NCBI GenBank assembly: GCA_041736305.1
Contig: JBGSTX010000078.1
Location: forward strand, 1-20,700
Reading direction: 5' to 3'
DNA from: Oligoflexus sp.
GTDB taxonomy: Bacteria > Bdellovibrionota_B > Oligoflexia > Oligoflexales > Oligoflexaceae
Length of the DNA stretch: 20,700 bases
Under the pieces are notes generated by a model, which was not told where the DNA came from, made no database searches, and was given only the letters and a program-made list of their open reading frames with translations. Made by a program: the position numbers and the translations under genes. Below are positions 8,777-15,866 of the stretch, piece after piece. Numbering within the stretch: position 1 is the first letter of the stretch; every line of letters begins with the position of its first letter.

Positions 8777-9553
8777 TCAGTGCTGAGTTTCCGAGACGGA
8801 ATCATCTTCAGCAACTGAACCTTTAGCGCCTTGTGCTAGCTCGCTAACTTTCGTTGTGAATGCTTTAACATCCAAAACGATTCCGCATTGTTGATCATCC
8901 AAGGTGAAAATACCTTCAGAAATCACATCGAAGAGCAGCTCGCGCTCCTTCTCTGGGACGCCGGCAGCTTCGATGATTTCGACGAGAGAGCCGCTACCGC
9001 TGATCTGACCTTCATAGCTCTCAGCTGTGAAGGTCAAAGTATCAGAGGCTGTGGCTCCCTCTTCCAGAGGCTTCATGGTCAGGAACTTAGGATAGCCCGT
9101 GCTCGGATCACGCTCGATCGAGAAGGAATATGCAGACTCAAGTTCTGGGATTTCTTCAAGAGTAGGCAAAATGACGCGGAGAGCTAAAAGAACGCCGCGC
9201 GCTTGGTCAAGGGTCAGCCACTCATCGTCTAGATCATCAGCGACGATATAGTCAGTCAGAAGGTCGATAGCTGCTTCAGCGGCAGCATAGACATTATGAC
9301 CGATTGCATGCAGGCGACCTTCGTCGTCAATAAATACTTCATCGATTCCATCATCTTCGAAATCTTCTTCGTCTTCGCTTAACTCGTCGTCTGCACTAGC
9401 CTCGAGCTCTTCTTCTTCTGCTTCAAGTTCTTCAGATTCTGCAACTTCTATGGCTTCTTCAAGGAAGCGCGAAGCCCGGTCATCAGAGAAAACAAACGCG
9501 TCTTCAAAAGTTTGGAGTAGATCGTCAAGGGATATGCCGAGATAAGAAATCAT
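8777..9553 (-). CDS. Highly acidic hypothetical protein
   Basis: 258-aa ORF with AGGAG SD. Manual count gives 69 D/E versus 13 K/R. Terminator follows directly. Confidence 0.8.
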   Translation of the reverse strand: MISYLGISLDDLLQTFEDAFVFSDDRASRFLEEAIEVAESEELEAEEEELEASADDELSEDEEDFEDDGIDEVFIDDEGRLHAIGHNVYAAAEAAIDLLTDYIVADDLDDEWLTLDQARGVLLALRVILPTLEEIPELESAYSFSIERDPSTGYPKFLTMKPLEEGATASDTLTFTAESYEGQISGSGSLVEIIEAAGVPEKERELLFDVISEGIFTLDDQQCGIVLDVKAFTTKVSELAQGAKGSVAEDDSVSETQH

Positions 9554-9653
9554 GGAGGACTCCTGGTGGTTCGAAGAGTGAATCTGTTACAGGAGTGGAG
9601 GACGGAGGTCAAGTCAATTAGACTGGAGAGCCGACGTGGGTGAAGGCTTTGAC

Positions 9654-10256
9654 TCAGCTAGGTATTCTCTTCCGACAGCGCACAATGCCATTGTCGAGAA
9701 AGCCCGTCGTAGCTACCGAGCGAAAAATGAGCCCTTCGATATGAGCGCTGGGATCGGCTAGCACAGCCATGCACTGATCGATCGTCTTGAGAGGGGGAAG
9801 AGTCACTATCTTTGGGGAAACGTAAACTCTAGGGAGCAGAGCATACCGCTCACCGTAGCTGAGAGAATCTAGAATCTTATCTTCCCGCTTAAGTAGATCG
9901 AAGACAAAGAATCTATCCTCAGACTTGAGCCACTCGGCATCTATCACATTCCAGCCGCTCTTTGGTCGGAAGATCCGGCTGAGCTCGTCGGAAACATCGC
10001 TGGCCAGAACCTTACTGTGCCTTTGCCCCATGCGATTGAAAAAGACTAGCTCCTGCTGCGGGTCACTCGGAATATGGACCTGTGCCCGATGGCCATGAAT
10101 CTTGGTCTGTCCCCACCAGCCGAGCGAGAGAATTTGCTCGATAGCCCCACGATTGGGCGCTATCTCGGTCTTAGGATGAATTGGACGAATATGCTTAGGT
10201 CCCTTCGTCACGCGTCTACCACTCAAAATTGTCGCTTCGAAAATACCCGGCAACAT
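9654..10256 (-). CDS. Stand-alone ATP-dependent ligase/capping-enzyme-type nucleotidyltransferase domain
   Basis: Motif I QTKIHGHR (K52), FFNR, motif III VIDAEWL, IIIa FFVFDLL, YGERYALL, motif IV EGLIFR. Ends without an OB-fold domain. Confidence 0.8.
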   Translation of the reverse strand: MLPGIFEATILSGRRVTKGPKHIRPIHPKTEIAPNRGAIEQILSLGWWGQTKIHGHRAQVHIPSDPQQELVFFNRMGQRHSKVLASDVSDELSRIFRPKSGWNVIDAEWLKSEDRFFVFDLLKREDKILDSLSYGERYALLPRVYVSPKIVTLPPLKTIDQCMAVLADPSAHIEGLIFRSVATTGFLDNGIVRCRKRIPS

Positions 10257-10339
10257 CTGCTCTACCTTCGCTCTCGCTTCTCGCTGTATCAGTCAGGGAC
10301 TGACTTATACACAGAGCTGAAGGGCCTGACAATGGCGCG

Positions 10340-11014
10340 CTAGCGGATATAGTGCCTCAATTTAAGATGTCTTAAGATATCGCGTAGCTCGTCGGGTTTC
10401 TTCACATGACGACGGGCTAGATCTGCCGCACCTGGTCTCGCCCTCATCGACATAGGCTTGAAGAGATTCTCAAGTACGTCAGCTGGTAGGGTTTGCAGTG
10501 CTTTCACGACAGCGTCATAATTTGCTTCAAGGACCGCGTCGTTGAAGCGAATGCTCGCATAATCCCGCACGATCAAATCTTCTGCGGCTTTCTCGCCCCA
10601 GCGCTCGGCAAATTCTTCGAGATCTTCTTCGCTAATACCTGCACTGGCGTCTTGCACAACATACATGGCCATGGTTTCAAGGCCCTGGATTTTGAAGCCA
10701 CTACCATCGCCTGTATAAAGTCTCTTCGCATACTCTTCACCAGCGAAGTTGAGTATCGTGTTCTTATGAACGCTCGCTTCGCCCTCATAGTATTTAGCCT
10801 GGTCCTGAGCGCTGCGAAAGGCATCGACAGCTTCGGAAACATCGGGAGGAGGAGTGATGACGTTTTCCGCCTGCTTGGCTGCTGGCGAGGACGAACGCTT
10901 AGTCTTGAAGGGATCTGGGCTTTTAGCTGCAGCTTTTGGGTCGCTTGCCGAGCTGAGCTTTTTCCCAGGTTCTCGCTTCGATGCAGTTGCCGTCTTTTTC
11001 TTGCTCGGTGCCAT
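10340..11014 (-). CDS. Hypothetical protein with a Lys/Ser/Ala-rich N-tail and helical core, coupled to ligD
   Basis: 224-aa ORF with GGAGG SD, starting 20 nt after the ligD stop. Confidence 0.8.
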   Translation of the reverse strand: MAPSKKKTATASKREPGKKLSSASDPKAAAKSPDPFKTKRSSSPAAKQAENVITPPPDVSEAVDAFRSAQDQAKYYEGEASVHKNTILNFAGEEYAKRLYTGDGSGFKIQGLETMAMYVVQDASAGISEEDLEEFAERWGEKAAEDLIVRDYASIRFNDAVLEANYDAVVKALQTLPADVLENLFKPMSMRARPGAADLARRHVKKPDELRDILRHLKLRHYIR

Positions 11015-11034
11015 AGGGAACCTCCCGGCTCTTC

Positions 11035-13332
11035 TTATCGACGCTTTTGCCTAGGAGTTGAGTGCCCAGCAGTTTTTGCCTGGCGCCGTCTCTCGTTAAG
11101 CGCTTCTTGCAGCTCACTGAGGGGAACTGCTGCTTTTTGGATATCGAGCCAAAGATCACCCCATTTCGCTAAACGTTTCGGAAGACTAGCGATTGTAAAA
11201 ACGCTGGGATCAAGACCATGTTTGACCTCGGACCAGCGAAGTGGAGTAGAAACCGTTGCATGGGGTCTGGGTCGGACTGAGTAGATAGCGGCCATCGTTT
11301 GGCCCACACGGTTCTGCAGGTAGTCGAGGTAGATTAATTTAGTCCGCCGGCTAGGCGAGCGCTCGAGACTGGTCGTGTGCGGCAAGAGCTCGTTCACCTC
11401 TTTGCACACTTCCTCGGCGAAGACGCGGGTCTCGTCGAAGACTTTGGTGCCGCTAACGGGCACGAATACGTGCAAACCTCGCGAACCAGAAGTCTTGCAA
11501 AATGCCTTGGCACCGAGACTCTCGACCAAACGCTTGACGGTGTTTGCAACATCGATCACCGCGCTGAAGGCAATCTCACCTGGGTCGAGATCGAATACGA
11601 CAAAATCCGGCTGATTGATGGTTTGCACACGCGACAGCCAAGTATTTATTTCGATGCACCCGAGATTGACGAGGAAGAGAAGGTCAGCCTCCCTATTGCA
11701 GAGCGCGTAATTCACCGATTGCCCGGAACGACCTGAGACTATCGTTGCGGTCTCCATCCAGCGGGGAACCTGTCCGGAAATTTCCTTTTGAAAAAATCCT
11801 GCGGCTGTCACCCCATGCGGCTGACGATGGAGAGATTGGGGACGATCCTGGAGATGAGGAAGCATATAAGGGGCAATGAGCTGGTAATAGTCCAGAACAT
11901 CGCCTTTGGTGATGCCCTCGTCTGGCCAGTAGACCTTCGACCGACTGCTGAGCGAGAGCTGAGGCTTTAGAATCGGCTGACCTGTGCGAGCCACGACGTG
12001 ATGGACCGAACCTGCTAAAGCCTTGGCTGGAGTTTCGCGACGCGCCTGCTGAAGCTCCCGCGCTCCTTGCGCTTCGATCATGACGCTCTGCCCATAGGCT
12101 TCGCCGGATTCACGCCGCAGAATTCCTATCCCCTGGGCATCGTCTGCGCTGGACACGACGATCTTGAGATAAGGATTTTGGATTTTTAGCATAGCCAAAG
12201 CTTTGAGCCTTTGCTCGCAAGGCAACTCGCCCAGATCCCATCCGTCAGCATGGAGAAGATCATAGACGTAGAGTGCATAGCGGACTTTAGCTAGCTTCTG
12301 AGTGCGCCCGCGAGGCCGCGGTTTATCGTCTTCGTCCCAAGGAACAATGAGGGCATCGAAGAGCAGGGGACCGCCTATAGGCCTGAGATTCGCTGTGAGC
12401 TCAGGAAAACGCTTGCTGAGAGGCAGGTTTGTTTTGGATCGAACTTGAGTCTCGCCGTCTTGAGCGATGAGGACCTGCACACGATAACCGTCGTAAAGCG
12501 CCTGACTGAGATCACCAAGCGGCTCCTCTCCTGCCGAGGCCTGGCGCCAAGTCTCAAGCTTCTGCCAGTCGATTGCCTCTGCCCTATGAGCCAACTTTTG
12601 ATACTTGACAGCTAGTTTCTTGCGGGTTCCCCCCAGCCCAATATGAGCATCTTTTTTCAGCTTAGCCTGACTTTTCTTGCTGAGGACCTGGGTATCCCAA
12701 ACCTTACCCTCTTCGGGAGACTTTGCTCCGATCTCCCCTAGAGTGCGCCCGCTGCGACTTGATCGATCGGCATGCGTGATATCACCGCGATTCGCATGGC
12801 TATCGTGCTTTTTTACGAACAGCCAGTTTTTACCATCTCCCTTAGCCAGGCGAATCAGGGCAAATTCGCCCTTTAGCTTCTGGCCTTCGAGGATAAAAGT
12901 CAAATGACCCTTGGCGTATCCGCGCCGCAGCGCGTCTTCAGCATCTATCGCCGGATAGCTGACCGCACGTGCCGTATAAGTCCCCTCATCCCAGATCATC
13001 ACGACCCCGGCTCCGTAGTGGCCACGGGGTATGACTCCCTCGAAATTGTTGTATTCCATGGGGTGGTCTTCGACCTCGACCGCCAAACGGCGTTCCATGG
13101 GATCGAGGCTCGGGCCTTTAGGCACAGCCCAGCTCTTCATCGTCCCATCGATTTCGAGGCGGAGATCGTAGTGCCTGCGACTTGCGTCATGGAGCTGAAT
13201 GACAAAACGCAGTTCGGCAGTTTTAGTCTTTCGAGTGCTCGTCTTTTTACGCCGGGTTTTGCCTTCTTCCTTGCCCTCGGGCTCGGGAGTTCCCTTGAAA
13301 TTTCTTTTGCTACGATACTTATCTAGCGCCAT
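11035..13332 (-). CDS. ligD: LigD-like NHEJ protein: 3'-phosphoesterase, degenerate ligase remnant, primase-polymerase
   Basis: Phosphoesterase: FVIQLHDASRRHYDLRLE..KSWAVPKGPS..LAVEVEDHP..YGAG. Polymerase: KVYWP..TKGDVLDYY..FFQK..FDLDP..KTSGSRGLH..YLDYLQN..YSVR. Ligase remnant: ALYDGYR, FDALIV, YVYDLL. Confidence 0.93.
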   Translation of the reverse strand: MALDKYRSKRNFKGTPEPEGKEEGKTRRKKTSTRKTKTAELRFVIQLHDASRRHYDLRLEIDGTMKSWAVPKGPSLDPMERRLAVEVEDHPMEYNNFEGVIPRGHYGAGVVMIWDEGTYTARAVSYPAIDAEDALRRGYAKGHLTFILEGQKLKGEFALIRLAKGDGKNWLFVKKHDSHANRGDITHADRSSRSGRTLGEIGAKSPEEGKVWDTQVLSKKSQAKLKKDAHIGLGGTRKKLAVKYQKLAHRAEAIDWQKLETWRQASAGEEPLGDLSQALYDGYRVQVLIAQDGETQVRSKTNLPLSKRFPELTANLRPIGGPLLFDALIVPWDEDDKPRPRGRTQKLAKVRYALYVYDLLHADGWDLGELPCEQRLKALAMLKIQNPYLKIVVSSADDAQGIGILRRESGEAYGQSVMIEAQGARELQQARRETPAKALAGSVHHVVARTGQPILKPQLSLSSRSKVYWPDEGITKGDVLDYYQLIAPYMLPHLQDRPQSLHRQPHGVTAAGFFQKEISGQVPRWMETATIVSGRSGQSVNYALCNREADLLFLVNLGCIEINTWLSRVQTINQPDFVVFDLDPGEIAFSAVIDVANTVKRLVESLGAKAFCKTSGSRGLHVFVPVSGTKVFDETRVFAEEVCKEVNELLPHTTSLERSPSRRTKLIYLDYLQNRVGQTMAAIYSVRPRPHATVSTPLRWSEVKHGLDPSVFTIASLPKRLAKWGDLWLDIQKAAVPLSELQEALNERRRQAKTAGHSTPRQKRR

Positions 13333-13344
13333 CCTCGATAGGCC

Positions 13345-14400
13345 TCATGCGCTGCGGGCCAAACGTTTGGTCTTGGTCGCGACCTTGGCTTTTTTGGCTT
13401 TTGTGCTTTTGGTTTTCGCTTGAACCTTCTTCTTGCCCACTACTTTCTTCTCTGTTTTGGCTTTATTGGCCCGAGGAGGCTTGGCTTCTTGCCTAAGCTC
13501 TGATTCCGTAAATTTACGGGGTGGTATGATCTGCAGCTGGGTAAGATAGGCCGAAATGCTGACGGCATTCAATGCCGCAGTCTCTTTTACTTCATTGTCG
13601 AAGTAGGCAAAAACCAGTCGAGGTATTTTGCTGGGTTCCCCAGGAATAAGTAGCTCAGCATCAACGGGTTGCGACCCTAAGGACCAGGCTTCAAAGCGTT
13701 TAGCCCACCTTTCAAGCGCAGTCTTCGAGTAGCCACGCGGATGCTTAGATTCATCGGCATGAAGACGAAGATAGATAAAATCGCTACAGACATCTTCTAT
13801 ATAGGGCCAGCGGCCGTCGGTATCGCCGACGACGATAGCGATTCCATACTTTCGCGCCAACTCAACAAAAGCCACCGACCTGAAGCTTGGATGCCTGCCT
13901 TCGACAGCGTGTCTGAGAGGAAGGTTTTCGCTGACGTCTAGAACCGTGCGTCCGGCTAGCCAATCCGAATGCCCTTTAGCTAAAGCAGCTGCAGCGAAGG
14001 TATCGCGTGGCAAAGCTGCAAAGAATGGCTCAAAGCGAGCTGGATCAAAGGGCATATTTGGCGGAAACTGCCAGAGTATAGGCCCGAGCTTTTCCCGCAG
14101 GGCGAGGAGTCCTGACGCTAGAAAATTACTCAAGGGCTTTTCAAAATCTTTGAGCCGACGTTCATGAGTAATGTACTTCGGTCCTTTGATTGAAAAGACA
14201 AAATCCTCGCTGGTCTGCTCGTACCAGCTCTGGTAGCTTGCGGGCTTCATGAGAGAGTAGAAAGTCCCATTTACCTCGATCGAACGCACCTGGCGGCTCG
14301 CATACGCTAGCTCATCTTTTTGCTTCAGTCCCTCAGGATAGAAGCTTCCTCGCCAACCCTCAAATGTCCAGCCTGACATTCCTATAAAGATTGCTCCCAT
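13345..14400 (-). CDS. DUF72 domain-containing protein with a Lys-rich C-terminal tail
   Basis: IGMSGW..FYP..IEVNGTFY..FVFSIKGPKYITH..LGPILWQFPP..HAVEGRH..FIYLRLH..YFDN. AGGAGG SD before ATG 14400. Ends 12 nt before ligD. Confidence 0.93.
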   Translation of the reverse strand: MGAIFIGMSGWTFEGWRGSFYPEGLKQKDELAYASRQVRSIEVNGTFYSLMKPASYQSWYEQTSEDFVFSIKGPKYITHERRLKDFEKPLSNFLASGLLALREKLGPILWQFPPNMPFDPARFEPFFAALPRDTFAAAALAKGHSDWLAGRTVLDVSENLPLRHAVEGRHPSFRSVAFVELARKYGIAIVVGDTDGRWPYIEDVCSDFIYLRLHADESKHPRGYSKTALERWAKRFEAWSLGSQPVDAELLIPGEPSKIPRLVFAYFDNEVKETAALNAVSISAYLTQLQIIPPRKFTESELRQEAKPPRANKAKTEKKVVGKKKVQAKTKSTKAKKAKVATKTKRLARSA

Positions 14401-14582
14401 GCGTATATCCTCCTGCCCCGTGCTTATCGGCATGCCGTTCGGCAAGAAGATCAGTCGCAGCAAGTTTTTCGCTTAAGTAATATTAGAGGTAGAGAAAGGC
14501 CGGCACCCCTGCTCTCTAACTTATGAACTGGGCTGAAGAAATCGTGTATCATTGATCTAATATTTCAGCCGAAGGAGTTACT

Positions 14583-14966
14583 ATGTCTAGTTCTAAGAAA
14601 ATGCGCATCGCTGGTTGGGTGCTTTCGGGACTGGTTGCAGCTTTTTTTTGCTTTAGTGCCACAGGTAAGTTCCTACAGCCGCCTGAGATGGCCGAAATGC
14701 TTCCACACTTGGGTTACACAAGCGAAACAGTTAGAGCGATAGGATATGTGGAAGTTGCCTTGGCCCTGGCTTTTCTTATTCCTAGAGCCAGCTTCATTTT
14801 TGCTCTTTTGTTAACAGCCTACCTGGGTGGAGCAGTCGCAACCCACGTGCGCATTGGCGACCCCTTCTATTTTCCTATCGTTCTCGGTATCGTCCTCTGG
14901 ATTGCCTACTACCTGCGTCGCCCTGACGTCATTAAACTCGCACTAAGTCCCTGTGAAAAGCGCTAA
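14583..14966 (+). CDS. DoxX-like family membrane protein
   Basis: Four hydrophobic segments; SATGK, LGY, IGYVE, LLTAYLGGAVATHVR motifs. AAGGAG SD. Confidence 0.88.
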   Translation: MSSSKKMRIAGWVLSGLVAAFFCFSATGKFLQPPEMAEMLPHLGYTSETVRAIGYVEVALALAFLIPRASFIFALLLTAYLGGAVATHVRIGDPFYFPIVLGIVLWIAYYLRRPDVIKLALSPCEKR

Positions 14967-14983
14967 GACTCTTCAATTACTAA

Positions 14984-15011
14984 GGCCGCAGTGGATAATC
15001 CACCTGCGGCC
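14984..15011 (+). terminator. GC-rich hairpin after doxX (terminator or stabiliser)
   Basis: GGCCGCAG-TGGAT-A-ATCCA-C-CTGCGGCC stem with no immediate U-tract. Confidence 0.4.
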
Positions 15012-15139
15012 CAGGGATATTTTCCTTCCGAAACCCTCTACTTAATAATCTTGCTTAAGCACGTCCTAATTGCTATATGCCAAGGGATCAGATACCTTCT
15101 AATATGGCAATAGTACGCATTTAACTATTAGTAAAGAAG

Positions 15140-15865
15140 TTGCAATCCATGTCGACTCCGAAAGCCTCTGGTCCCGAACCTACTCATGCGGCTCAGCGCT
15201 CGGCTCTCGTCTGGTCGCTAGTCTGCCTTAGTCTAGCTTGTGCCTTCCTAGTACTTGGGCGCGTCCTCGAACGTTTTCAGCCTCACGAACGGGTCGCGCT
15301 TGAATCCAGTTCGGGTCGAATCGATCCTATGAAGCTCGCTCAACCTGCGAGCCGGGCGATAGTGAATAACGCAGCTACACCAGCATCAACTTTTAGCGGC
15401 CGGCCGAGTCGAGCTGAGCAAGCTAGCACCGCTCGTCGCGCCTCTAGCCCTCCCAATCAAAACCCAAGTGGCGAAGAAGTTGAAGAGACGCGGCCTCTGG
15501 AGTCGGAAGCTCAGGTCCGAACGCCTGAGCCCGAGATCAGTTCTCCCGCCATCGTTTCGTTAGAGGAAATTGCGGCAAATCCAAACGACCGCGGCCTCAT
15601 TCAACAGTTTCTCATCTCGGCCGCTGGCACGAATGAAGGCGCGGTAGAAATCGAAAAACTCAAAGCTATGGCCATCGAGAGCCCGACTTCGGTTCTAGCG
15701 GAAGAAATCAGTGCGCAGATGGGCAAAGAAGGCAAGCAAGAGGAAGCAACTGAGTGGTATAGAAGGGCTCTCCAAAAGAACCCTCCTAACCCTGACGATT
15801 CGAAGCCTCAGATTGGCATCAGCGAACAAGTCCTTAGACGCAGTGATGGCAAAGACCAGATGTAA
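15140..15865 (+). CDS. Membrane-anchored hypothetical protein with a Pro/Ser-rich linker and a TPR-like C-terminal helix pair
   Basis: Single TM segment ALVWSLVCLSLACAFLVLG, then a low-complexity linker, then GKQEEATEWYRRALQKNP. The start may be ATG 15149. Confidence 0.65.
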   Translation: MQSMSTPKASGPEPTHAAQRSALVWSLVCLSLACAFLVLGRVLERFQPHERVALESSSGRIDPMKLAQPASRAIVNNAATPASTFSGRPSRAEQASTARRASSPPNQNPSGEEVEETRPLESEAQVRTPEPEISSPAIVSLEEIAANPNDRGLIQQFLISAAGTNEGAVEIEKLKAMAIESPTSVLAEEISAQMGKEGKQEEATEWYRRALQKNPPNPDDSKPQIGISEQVLRRSDGKDQM

Positions 15866-15866
15866 A

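Noticed and set aside
10493-11284. 263-aa plus-strand ORF, and other short antisense ORFs across the window
   Set aside because: Antisense to well-supported genes with SD sites; no family motifs.
14418-14440. Sigma54-like GGCA...GC element upstream of DUF72
   Set aside because: The GG-to-GC spacing is 11 nt rather than the required 10.
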